A stretch of DNA of 32,000 nucleotides from Candidatus Nitrosopumilus koreensis AR1 (GTDB lineage Archaea > Thermoproteota > Nitrososphaeria > Nitrososphaerales > Nitrosopumilaceae), in assembly GCF_000299365.1 (NCBI RefSeq), contig NC_018655.1, positions 1,560,001-1,592,000 of the forward strand, written 5' to 3'. The position numbers and the translations under genes were made by a program. Of this stretch, positions 1 to 9,001 are shown piece after piece. The notes beneath the pieces were generated by a model. The model was not told the origin of the DNA. It ran no database searches and saw nothing but the letters and a program-made list of their open reading frames with translations. How positions within the stretch are numbered: the stretch's first letter is position 1; each line of letters begins with the position of its first letter.

Positions 1-1
1 A

Positions 2-286
2 ATTATTGATTCGTTTAATGGCATCTACAACATGTTTGATGATTTAGAATCAGCCATATTCATTAATTCGTGTATCATGTTACTTTCATCATTAGGAAAA
101 GATACGAGTTCGTCTATTGTCATTACTGCAATGGCTAGGAAAAAAGAAAAGGAGGGTTGGATTCTTACTCCAGGGGGAAAGCAGATCATAAAATCTGCTA
201 AAACAGGGGTTTACTTTCTAAAGAAGATTGAAAATAACTTGAGTATGCGTTCCATAGATGAAGATTCAAAAAATTTCAAGACATAG
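2..286 (+). CDS. C-terminal part of a hypothetical protein, possibly continuing beyond the left edge
   Basis: Frame is open from base 2 to the stop at 286. The annotated ATG at 32 may be internal. No recognised motif. Confidence 0.35.
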   Translation: MIDSFNGIYNMFDDLESAIFINSCIMLLSSLGKDTSSSIVITAMARKKEKEGWILTPGGKQIIKSAKTGVYFLKKIENNLSMRSIDEDSKNFKT

Positions 287-327
287 AAGTGGAAAAAACT
301 GGTTTTTGTTTGAAAGGCGATCAAAAA

Positions 328-363
328 TCAAACGCCGTTATAAAATTTCAAACGCCGTTATAA
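328..363. repeat. Two direct copies of TCAAACGCCGTTATAA, period 20 bp, upstream of the ferredoxin gene
   Basis: Identical 16-mers read at 328-343 and 348-363, in an intergenic region ending about 50 bp before the ATG at 417. Confidence 0.85.
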
Positions 364-416
364 CGTGATATTTTTAGGCAAATTATATTAATGACAAATC
401 AAGATTTTATTTTGTT

Positions 417-716
417 ATGCCAGTAGGAATTATTCCAGACATAAGCGAACAAATGTGTATCGGATGCGCACTATGTGTAGAAATCTGTACAACACTTGGT
501 CCAGATGTCCTTAGAGTAAAACCAGTTGAAGGCTGGAAGAGAGGTAAAGCATTTGTCTTTTACCCAGAAAGATGTATTTCTGATGGTGCATGCATCGGTG
601 TATGCCCAACAAAAGCAATCTTTTGGATGAGACCAATGGACTTTACTGTTGGACAACCAGTTCCACTCCACAAAGATTCAGTCTTCGTAAAAGGTTGGAC
701 CGAATTAATCGATTAG
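417..716 (+). CDS. Ferredoxin-like protein with two Fe-S cluster motifs
   Basis: CIGCALCVEIC motif plus a second CISDGACIGVCP motif. Confidence 0.9.
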   Translation: MPVGIIPDISEQMCIGCALCVEICTTLGPDVLRVKPVEGWKRGKAFVFYPERCISDGACIGVCPTKAIFWMRPMDFTVGQPVPLHKDSVFVKGWTELID

Positions 717-748
717 ATTAGTTCAACTTTTAATTTCTTTTTCTTATT

Positions 749-1744
749 TTAGACTTTAACAGCCCCAGGTTTGGTTTTTGATACATCAGGTTTCTTCTTC
801 AACCAAAATAATACCGCAATAAACATTACAGCTGGAATAAGAATAATGACAATCATCAACTCGTAATATGTTGTCAATCTTTGTGCAGGTTTAATATGAA
901 AAGTTTCATGAGTAGTCTTTTCTGGATTATCATAAACTGCTGCAGTGAAATCCACTGATCTTTGTTCTTTAGATTCTACACCACCAAACACAGTAACACT
1001 TTCCTCAGCTAAAAGCGATGGAGAGTGAATTCCTTCTATTCTAACTATGATTGAACCAGAATCAGTAAAAACAAAATTTCTGTAATCACCACCAATCTGA
1101 CTTAATCCTTCATCACGGAAAATTTCTTGACCATTTTGAAAAATAACAAAATCATATTTCATTTCTGCAAGATTGGAATTTGTTTGTGGATCATAGAATT
1201 GATATACAAATTGAATTTTTTCATGTGTTTTAATTACCGGAGGATCCCACGACAGATTCACTTCAAGATCTAAATCTGGAGTATATTGTAATAAAGGAAA
1301 TTCAACTTTTTGGCCTGTTGCATCATGTGGATAATCAGGAATCTCCTTTTCAACAACTACAATTCCTTCCATCCAAGGATGAATTGTGCAGAAATAAGAA
1401 AAAGTTCCTGATTCTTCAAATTTGTATGACCAAGAGTCTCCTGGTGAAAACTCTCCACTATCAAATATCCCATCAGGTTTTCCAAAATTTTTATTGTCCA
1501 TCCAACCAAATCGCCCTGGTCCATCACCACTAGTAACTGTATGAGTCTCTCTGTCATCATTATACCAAGTTATTGTATCTCCAACAATGACGTTAATCAA
1601 AGGAGGGTCATACCAAACTTCTGCAGGAGTATTTAGTTCGGGATTGTACGCACCAAACGGGATATCAACTATGTATTCATCTGCAAAAGCAAAAGGAATC
1701 GAGCCTGAGAATAGGATTATTGAAAGTATGAAGAAATAATGCAT
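749..1744 (-). CDS. Membrane-anchored cupredoxin (plastocyanin-like) domain protein
   Basis: N-terminal signal peptide, HTVTSGDG...YFCTIHPWMEGIVVV type I copper motif, C-terminal transmembrane segment followed by basic residues. Confidence 0.88.
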   Translation of the reverse strand: MHYFFILSIILFSGSIPFAFADEYIVDIPFGAYNPELNTPAEVWYDPPLINVIVGDTITWYNDDRETHTVTSGDGPGRFGWMDNKNFGKPDGIFDSGEFSPGDSWSYKFEESGTFSYFCTIHPWMEGIVVVEKEIPDYPHDATGQKVEFPLLQYTPDLDLEVNLSWDPPVIKTHEKIQFVYQFYDPQTNSNLAEMKYDFVIFQNGQEIFRDEGLSQIGGDYRNFVFTDSGSIIVRIEGIHSPSLLAEESVTVFGGVESKEQRSVDFTAAVYDNPEKTTHETFHIKPAQRLTTYYELMIVIILIPAVMFIAVLFWLKKKPDVSKTKPGAVKV

Positions 1745-1891
1745 AAATTAAGAACGTTAAATTTTATAATAAATCTATCAGGTTATTCTCAAAATCGAAA
1801 GTAATTATCAGATGAAAGAATTATTGGAGATGAAATATACTTGGAAATACTAGAAGCCTTGATATTTACATAAAAACAACAAAGAATAAAA

Positions 1892-3667
1892 TTGACAATC
1901 TCAGTAAATCTTGGTAAAAAACTTGTTTTGCTTGTCATGCTTGTAACAATGACTGCTTTAGGAGTCATATCTTACATGAGCATAGATTATTCCACTGAGA
2001 CTCTTAAAGAGAGGGGAGGGGAGTTGCTACACGGTGAATCAGATATCAGAGGAGAATCTCTAAGATTACTTTTTGAGACAAGAATAGAACAAAACAAGAT
2101 TCTTGCAAATGATCCTATGATTCGATTTTTGGTTTCAGAGATGGATGGGGTTTCAGAACTAGAATTAAAATCTATGAAAGAAGAAAAACGTAGAGATTTT
2201 CTAATTCAAGTACAAGCATTTCAAGAACTTGTCGGATTTTCAATTGGATTTGAAGATACTAAAATAATTGGGAATAATGGAAATGTGTTCTTTTCACTAG
2301 TAGGAATATCTGATGAGGATTACTCTCAAAACGAGTATTTTCAGAGAGGGTTAAAGGAGTCATTTGTTGATTTTGAACCTTCAGGAACGGGTAAAAAAAT
2401 GATTGTTGTTACTCCTGTTTATGCCATAGATAGTAAAATTGGAGATGAAGCTATTGGGGTCATCATTTCTAGAATGAGAACTGCTGCAATTGACAATATT
2501 TTGCTTAACAGAAGTGGATTGGGTGAAACGGGTGAAGTCTACATTGTTAATAGTGACTTTGTAATGTTGTCTGAATCTAGATTTTTTGAAAATGCAGTAT
2601 TTGAACAACGAGTAGATACAGTTGGTGTTCAAGAATGTTTTACCAATAACATGGAATATGTTGGAGTTTATCCTGATTATAGAGGAATTTCGATATATGG
2701 ATCATCTTATTGCATGCCAGAATTTGGTATTGTCTTGCTTGCAGAAATGGACGAGAAAGAATTAGTTGAACCAATAAAAATTCTACAGACCAGAATTGTC
2801 CTTACTAGTTTACTCATAACGATGGCAATGGGATTAGTTGCATTTTTTGCTGCTGAGTCATTGTCACATCCACTACGTGCACTCAAAAAAGCTGCAAATA
2901 AAATTGCAGATGGTAATTTTGATGTTAGAACCAATATCAAGACAAGAGATGAGATTGCAGAATTATCTAATGCATTTGATTTAATGGCACAAAAATTACA
3001 AGAATCATTAATCGAGATTAAACAAAAAGACGAAGTCATCAAACAGCTTGAAGGTGATACGTTGTTGAAGTTCTCACAACGTGAAGAAAATGATTGTGTC
3101 GGAGTAATTGACATGGCAGATTCTACTAGAATATCATCAAAATTATCTGATCAGGATATTTCTAAGCTATATGAAATATTTTTGAATTTTATGGCAAAGA
3201 TTGTTATCAATCACAAAGGAGAAGTCATAAAAAATATTGGGGATGCATTGATGTTTAGATTTGCAAACGTAGATACCAACAATGATGAAAACATGAAAAA
3301 TATTCTAGAATGTTGCTTGTGTATGGTTGAATCACATAGAAAGTTACAAGAAGAACTTAAAAAAGAAAATATGCCCATAGTAGATTATAAAATTAGTTTA
3401 ACATATGGTCCTGTCAAAGTAGCTGAAAGTACTACTTCAAAAATTAGTGATGTTTTTGGTCCTACTGTAAATCGATGTTTTAAAATAAATTCACTTTGTC
3501 CTAAAAACAGCTTAGTTGTTGGTGAAAATGTAGAAAAGATCTTTAGGGATTTTTCAGAATATGAATTTACAGAATTATGTATAATTGAATTAAAACAAAA
3601 ATACGGTTACAATATTTTTGAAGTCAGAAGAAAAAGGCCAGAGTATTTTAATAAAAAATCTGATTAA
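1892..3667 (+). CDS. Transmembrane receptor with Cache-like sensor, HAMP domain and class III adenylate/guanylate cyclase domain
   Basis: Two TM segments flanking an extracellular domain, HAMP-like linker after TM2, and C-terminal CVGVIDMADST...IKNIGDALMFRF catalytic-domain motifs. Confidence 0.88.
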   Translation: MTISVNLGKKLVLLVMLVTMTALGVISYMSIDYSTETLKERGGELLHGESDIRGESLRLLFETRIEQNKILANDPMIRFLVSEMDGVSELELKSMKEEKRRDFLIQVQAFQELVGFSIGFEDTKIIGNNGNVFFSLVGISDEDYSQNEYFQRGLKESFVDFEPSGTGKKMIVVTPVYAIDSKIGDEAIGVIISRMRTAAIDNILLNRSGLGETGEVYIVNSDFVMLSESRFFENAVFEQRVDTVGVQECFTNNMEYVGVYPDYRGISIYGSSYCMPEFGIVLLAEMDEKELVEPIKILQTRIVLTSLLITMAMGLVAFFAAESLSHPLRALKKAANKIADGNFDVRTNIKTRDEIAELSNAFDLMAQKLQESLIEIKQKDEVIKQLEGDTLLKFSQREENDCVGVIDMADSTRISSKLSDQDISKLYEIFLNFMAKIVINHKGEVIKNIGDALMFRFANVDTNNDENMKNILECCLCMVESHRKLQEELKKENMPIVDYKISLTYGPVKVAESTTSKISDVFGPTVNRCFKINSLCPKNSLVVGENVEKIFRDFSEYEFTELCIIELKQKYGYNIFEVRRKRPEYFNKKSD

Positions 3668-4818
3668 TTTCTAGAAAAACCAAACTTTGATGCCCAACCT
3701 GATTTTTGTTTTTTTGTGGGTTTTTTTGATAGATTGTTGAGCATGTCATATGTAATTGTAAATCCATGTCCTACCATGGTTGCATCATTTGCATAGTTTG
3801 CCTTGTTAGGAACAAATTCATCAGATAAATCTTTGATTTTCTTTGTTTTGAGATCAAATAATCTAATTTTCTTACCGTTTTCTAATTCAATTTTTGCATC
3901 ACCACTCAATCCTTGAATTGAGAAATTTTCAAAAAATCTAATTGAGCCTCCTTCTTTTAGTTTGATAACAGAATCATACGTAAATTTTCCTCCATAAAAC
4001 AAGACCTCACGTGCAGAGATTGTTACATCATCTTCTACATTTAGAACAATAACTGTGTCAGCGTCTAAAGACACGGTGTTTACTACATTTTCAGCAATAA
4101 TCTTACCATTTGGAGCCGAAACTTGAGTTCTGTGTTCCAGTATTTTATAGACGCCAACCTTTCCATCAGGATCTTCAACTCTAAATTTTCTGCCAAAAAT
4201 ATTTCCTACTACAACGTTTCCATTATCTACAATAATTTTAGCACCATTTTCAATTTTGTATTTATTTTCCACAGGATCAACAAATTTGAAGTCTCCTTTT
4301 GTTAGATGAATATTTGTTTGAAATTCTTTAGTCCAAGATGGACTGGTAATACTTCCCTGCATAGTAATTGGGCCATCATAAGTTAAACTTCCAGCCATAA
4401 AATTTCCTTTAATAGATAAAGCACCATTGGCTTTTCTTTCCAATTCAATTTCACCAAGAGTTTTTGAACCAAATAATCTTGAGGCAGTTGAATTTGCTCG
4501 ATTTAATGCTGCTGCCCACTCTTCAGCTGTTTTCATTTCTTTAGACAACTGTTGTCCCAGAATCTGATTTTTTCTTTTTACATCTGCTTCAGATTCATCA
4601 GAATATACTCTTGAGTTTTTTATTTTTTCAATATCTGTTTCAGGATATTTTTTGCCAATTTTTAGATCCTCATATGCTTGTTTAATTTTTATGAATTGTT
4701 CATTTTCTCCACCACGATCAGAATGATACTGTAAGGCTAGTCTTCTGAATGCATCACGAATTTCTTTATCACTAGTTCCTTCGACAATTCCTAAAATATC
4801 ATAATTACTTTCAACCAT
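3664..4818 (-). CDS. J-domain (DnaJ-like) protein with a long beta-rich C-terminal region
   Basis: N-terminal MVESNYDILGIVEGTSDKEIRDAFRRLALQYHSDRGGENEQFIKIKQAYEDLK resembles a J domain. Confidence 0.8.
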   Translation of the reverse strand: MVESNYDILGIVEGTSDKEIRDAFRRLALQYHSDRGGENEQFIKIKQAYEDLKIGKKYPETDIEKIKNSRVYSDESEADVKRKNQILGQQLSKEMKTAEEWAAALNRANSTASRLFGSKTLGEIELERKANGALSIKGNFMAGSLTYDGPITMQGSITSPSWTKEFQTNIHLTKGDFKFVDPVENKYKIENGAKIIVDNGNVVVGNIFGRKFRVEDPDGKVGVYKILEHRTQVSAPNGKIIAENVVNTVSLDADTVIVLNVEDDVTISAREVLFYGGKFTYDSVIKLKEGGSIRFFENFSIQGLSGDAKIELENGKKIRLFDLKTKKIKDLSDEFVPNKANYANDATMVGHGFTITYDMLNNLSKKPTKKQKSGWASKFGFSRN

Positions 4819-4918
4819 ATCCAGTACTGTCCAAATAATTTTTCATAATTCCTATACTTTTAGGTTATTACATTTACAAAATATCAAGGATTTGAAAATA
4901 AAAAATTAGAAAGGGGCA

Positions 4919-5350
4919 CTATTTGACAACTAATACAGGTATCTTGGTTTTGTGCATTACATAATTTGATGTGCTTCCAAGAAATGCTTCTTTTGCACCA
5001 CCCACACCTCTTGCACCAATTACAATCATGTCAAATTTGCCCTTTTGAGCGTATTTGACAATTTCAGAACCAGTGTGACCACCGCCTGTTTGATATTTGA
5101 ATTTAGCACCAGCATTTTGTGCTTTCTTCATTGCAGGACCAATAGCTTTTACGGCTTTTTTTTGTGCATCATCTTTCATTTTTTGTGTATACTTTATTCC
5201 TGCTGTCAGAGGCAAATGAAATACATAGAATCCAGTAATTTCAGCACCACTGCCTTTCGCAATCTCGATTGCTCTATCCAAACCACGATTGGCATTTGCA
5301 GAACCATCAAGAGGGACAAGAATTTTTGAAAACTTTGCCATGTCTGACAT
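4919..5350 (-). CDS. Universal stress protein (UspA family)
   Basis: KILVPLDGSANANRGLDRAI N-terminus and VIGARGVGGAKEAFLGSTSNYVMH nucleotide-binding signature. Confidence 0.93.
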   Translation of the reverse strand: MSDMAKFSKILVPLDGSANANRGLDRAIEIAKGSGAEITGFYVFHLPLTAGIKYTQKMKDDAQKKAVKAIGPAMKKAQNAGAKFKYQTGGGHTGSEIVKYAQKGKFDMIVIGARGVGGAKEAFLGSTSNYVMHKTKIPVLVVK

Positions 5351-5464
5351 CTGAATTCAACCAATATAAGAATAATTAGTATTTCCAAAGATGAAACTGG
5401 AAATTATAATCAGAATTGAAAATTATATCTGCAGTTTTTATACAAAAAATATTGTAAATTAAGA

Positions 5465-6289
5465 ATGATAATTACTGAAATTTCAAACAAGCCAATCTCT
5501 ATTATCAAAAATTCTACAATTTCAGATGCAATCAAAATGTTACTAAATACAAAGATCAGCAGATTAATTGTAAATGATGGTGGAAAACATATTGGCATAA
5601 TTACTGAAAAAGACATAGGGCTGTTTTTGTTTTCAGAAACAACAAAGAGAGGGTTGGAAGAAATTCCCATTACAGACATTATGAATCCAATTGAATTTGT
5701 TAAACAAGATATTACACCAGAAGATGCTGCAAAGATAATGATTGAGAGAAAAGTTAGCTCATTAGCTATAGGTGAAAAGCAAGAAGTTAAAGCAATAATT
5801 ACTAAAAGTGATCTTGTGAGATATTTTGCTGAAAAACCATCAGAAAAAAGTAAAGTTGTAGATTTTATGACTCATGATTATGAATATACACATACTGCTG
5901 CACCATTGTATAAAGTTGTAAGAAAAATGTTAGAAAAGAAAATTTCAAGAATTATAGTAAAAAATCAACAAGAAGAACCAGTAGGAGTTATTTCATTTAG
6001 AGATTTGTTTAGGATATCAATTGAGCTTGGCAGTGAAGATGATTTTTCGGGCACAAATTTTGACAATGTTAGACGTGGATTTCTCTCTACAGAAGGATTT
6101 GGGGATATTTCATTAGCTAGAGATGTAATGAGTAAGGGGCTAATCACTATCAAATTCAATGAAGATTTAGTAGAAGCATGTAATGTGTTATTAGAGAATA
6201 ATGTAAGCGGTCTAGTTGTTCTTGATGGGAATAATAGTATTGCAGGGATAATTAGTAAAAGTGATGTAGCAAAGGCACTGTCATCATAA
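5465..6289 (+). CDS. Protein with multiple CBS domains
   Basis: Repeated CBS-type motifs: SRLIVNDGGKHIGIITEKDI, SSLAIGEKQEVKAIITKSDLV, SRIIVKNQQEEPVGVISFRDL, SGLVVLDGNNSIAGIISKSDV. Confidence 0.92.
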   Translation: MIITEISNKPISIIKNSTISDAIKMLLNTKISRLIVNDGGKHIGIITEKDIGLFLFSETTKRGLEEIPITDIMNPIEFVKQDITPEDAAKIMIERKVSSLAIGEKQEVKAIITKSDLVRYFAEKPSEKSKVVDFMTHDYEYTHTAAPLYKVVRKMLEKKISRIIVKNQQEEPVGVISFRDLFRISIELGSEDDFSGTNFDNVRRGFLSTEGFGDISLARDVMSKGLITIKFNEDLVEACNVLLENNVSGLVVLDGNNSIAGIISKSDVAKALSS

Positions 6290-6290
6290 C

Positions 6291-6974
6291 ATGAAATGGC
6301 ATTTTGATGATTTTGTTTATGGCTCTATTGATGGAGCAGTAACAACTTTTGCAATTGTTGCAGGAGTTGTAGGAGCTGGTTTATCACCTGGAATTATTTT
6401 GATTTTAGGATTTGCAAATCTTTTTGCAGACGGATTTTCAATGGCAGCTGCAAATTATCAGGCATCAAAAGCCAAAAATGAGTTTATCCAAATGAAACGA
6501 AAACAAGAAGAATGGGAAATTGACAATTTAGCAGAACAAGAAAGAGATGAAATCAGAGATATTTACAAGGAAAAAGGATTCAAAGATGAATTATTAGAAG
6601 AAGTTGTTAGGATCATTACATCCAGAAGAAAAGTTTGGGTGGATACTATGATGAAAGAAGAATTAGGATTAATTGAAGATGAAAAAAATCCTTTAGATAG
6701 TTCTTTTAGTACTTTTATTGGATTTAATCTAATTGGCTTAATTCCATTAATACCATTTATGATCTTCATAATGATTGGAGTTGAACCAAATTCGGAGGCA
6801 TTTAGTTATTCTATAATTGCAGTAAGTGTAGCATTCCTTCTTGTAGGTATGATCAAAGGAAAAATTGTAAAAAAATCAAAAATTCGTTCAGGAATAAATA
6901 CACTAATCATAGGAGGAGTAGCAGCATTTGTTGCATATTTTGTAGGATATGGATTAAATTTTCTAGTAAATTAG
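6291..6974 (+). CDS. VIT1/CCC1 family (iron/manganese) transporter
   Basis: FVYGSIDGAVTTFAIVAGVVGAGLSPGIILILGFANLFADGFSMAAANY signature, Glu-rich cytosolic helical region, C-terminal TM segments. ATG starts 1 nt after the preceding stop. Confidence 0.9.
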   Translation: MKWHFDDFVYGSIDGAVTTFAIVAGVVGAGLSPGIILILGFANLFADGFSMAAANYQASKAKNEFIQMKRKQEEWEIDNLAEQERDEIRDIYKEKGFKDELLEEVVRIITSRRKVWVDTMMKEELGLIEDEKNPLDSSFSTFIGFNLIGLIPLIPFMIFIMIGVEPNSEAFSYSIIAVSVAFLLVGMIKGKIVKKSKIRSGINTLIIGGVAAFVAYFVGYGLNFLVN

Positions 6975-6984
6975 GAAAGCGTAA

Positions 6985-8286
6985 ATGTCTGAACTAAAGC
7001 GACACATGGGACTTTTTCATCTCATCATGTATGGTGTTGGATTAATTCTTGGTGCAGGAATTTATGTATTAATTGGTGAAGCTGCAGGATTTGCTGGAAA
7101 TTCAATGTGGATTTCTTTTTTGTTAGGTGCAATAGTTGCAATTTTTGCAGGGTTAAGTTATGCAGAGTTATCTGCACTATATCCAAAAGCTGCTGCAGAA
7201 TACACATTTGTAAAAAATGCATTCAAGAATAATTTCTTTGGTTTTATTATAGGATGGTTAACAGCAATTACATCGATTATAGTTGCTGCAACTGTTTCAT
7301 TAGGATTTGGAGGTTATCTTACTCAGTTTGTTGATTTACCAATTACGATTGGAGCAATATTTTTGATTATAGTTTTATCGATTGTAAATTTTATTGGGAT
7401 AAAAGAATCTGCATGGGCAAATACTATTTTCGCATTAATCACTGCAGCAGGCTTAATTCTAATTATTGTTATTGGTTTTAGTGCAGAACCAGTTGAACCA
7501 ATAGACTATTTAGAAGCACCAAATGGAATTACTGGGATAATTCTAGCATTTGTTTTGATTTTCTTTGCATTTATCGGATTTGAGGATATGGCAAATGTTG
7601 CTGAAGAAGTTAGAAGACCTCACAAAACAATTCCAAGAGCAATAATAATATCAATAGTCATCACGGGTATAATTTACGTTCTAGTTTCATTATCAGCAGT
7701 AAGAATTCTAAATTGGGAAGAATTGGCATTATCCTCTGCGCCATTGGCAGATGTAGCACATTCAGTTTTGGGTACAAATGGCAGTATTACCTTGTCATTA
7801 ATTGCGCTATTTGCAACTGCAAGTACTGTTCTGATAACATTGGTTGCTGGTGCAAGAATTCTGTATGGAATGGCAAAAAGCAATTCATTGCCTCAATTTT
7901 TAGCCAGAGTTCATCCTAAGACAAATACACCATGGATTGCAGTTGTTGGAATTTTGATAGCATCAATTGGATTTGCCTTTGTTGGAGACATTGTAATTAT
8001 AGCAAATATTGTAGTTTTTGCAGTAGTTATCACATTTGCAGCAATTAATTTGGCAGTAATTGTCTTGCGATATACAGAACCAGTATTGGAAAGACCATTT
8101 AGAGTCCCAGTCAATATTGGAAAATTTCCAATTTTACCATTGTTTGGATTCGGAACAACTATCTATATGGCATTACAATTTGATATTCAAGTTGTTTTTG
8201 TAGGGCTAGGCATTATGGGAATTGGAGTAGTTTTGTATTTGGTTTTAAAAAGAAGAAATTATTTTGTAGAGTCTAATTCTTTTTAG
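6985..8286 (+). CDS. APC superfamily amino acid permease
   Basis: LFHLIMYGVGLILGAGIYVLIGEAAG and FFAFIGFEDMANVAEEVRRPHKTIPRAI motifs; about 12 hydrophobic segments. Confidence 0.92.
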   Translation: MSELKRHMGLFHLIMYGVGLILGAGIYVLIGEAAGFAGNSMWISFLLGAIVAIFAGLSYAELSALYPKAAAEYTFVKNAFKNNFFGFIIGWLTAITSIIVAATVSLGFGGYLTQFVDLPITIGAIFLIIVLSIVNFIGIKESAWANTIFALITAAGLILIIVIGFSAEPVEPIDYLEAPNGITGIILAFVLIFFAFIGFEDMANVAEEVRRPHKTIPRAIIISIVITGIIYVLVSLSAVRILNWEELALSSAPLADVAHSVLGTNGSITLSLIALFATASTVLITLVAGARILYGMAKSNSLPQFLARVHPKTNTPWIAVVGILIASIGFAFVGDIVIIANIVVFAVVITFAAINLAVIVLRYTEPVLERPFRVPVNIGKFPILPLFGFGTTIYMALQFDIQVVFVGLGIMGIGVVLYLVLKRRNYFVESNSF

Positions 8287-9001
8287 ATTTTGTAAGTGCA
8301 ACAACTGCAATTGCTATACCTATTAGTCCAACAGCTGTTCCTGCATAGCCCATATCCATTTGTTGTTTAGTCTCTTCTAAATCATTTACAGATTCTTTTA
8401 GTTCACCAATATCCTCAATTAATGCAGTATGTCCATCAATCATTTGTTGTATTGTAATATCAGATGGTTCAGGAAATTCAATGTATGCTCGTTCTTCAAC
8501 TTTGGGAGGATGCATTGATAAACTAATTGGAGTATCTGTTATAGTTCCCAACACATTAGCCTGATAAAATCCAGATACAGTAGGATTAACAAATGCATAA
8601 TATTTTCCAGGAATGTCATGGTCTGGTGAAAGTGGAAGCATTATGTTTTCATCTTTGAAAATTAATTGTATTTTTACTGTTTTTTTTAAACCTTCAATTC
8701 CGTTTTGAAATTCTTGAGATTCTGCACATTTTATGGGTTTTGAAATTTCAGGACATGGAATTAATGGACTAACATAGAATTCAATCGCATTTGTTTCTCC
8801 TGAAACAACTGGTTCATTCATCCATCCAATTTCTACTCTATATTCACCAACAGCATCTATAGTATGTCCATATACGATTCCAATTGAGCTTGGAATCAAC
8901 AATAAAAGAAATAAAATTTCAAGTTTCATGCTAAAAAAACTAGATTTGATTTTAAAAATGTTATATTGTTTGAAATTAGTTATACTATGAATTTGTACCA
9001 A
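8273..9001 (-). CDS. Hypothetical exported protein with C-terminal membrane anchor
   Basis: N-terminal signal peptide, C-terminal GYAGTAVGLIGIAIAVVALTKSKKN. Ends overlap the convergent permease by 14 bp and it lies directly downstream of the GS gene. Confidence 0.75.
   Translation of the reverse strand: MVQIHSITNFKQYNIFKIKSSFFSMKLEILFLLLLIPSSIGIVYGHTIDAVGEYRVEIGWMNEPVVSGETNAIEFYVSPLIPCPEISKPIKCAESQEFQNGIEGLKKTVKIQLIFKDENIMLPLSPDHDIPGKYYAFVNPTVSGFYQANVLGTITDTPISLSMHPPKVEERAYIEFPEPSDITIQQMIDGHTALIEDIGELKESVNDLEETKQQMDMGYAGTAVGLIGIAIAVVALTKSKKN

Noticed and set aside
471-671. 66-aa minus-strand ORF
   Set aside because: Antisense to the well-supported ferredoxin; no motif.
1318-1560. Two short ORFs within the cupredoxin gene
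   Set aside because: Overlap a conserved coding region and show no family features; typical spurious ORFs.
5410-5679. 89-aa minus-strand ORF
   Set aside because: Mostly antisense to the first CBS domains.
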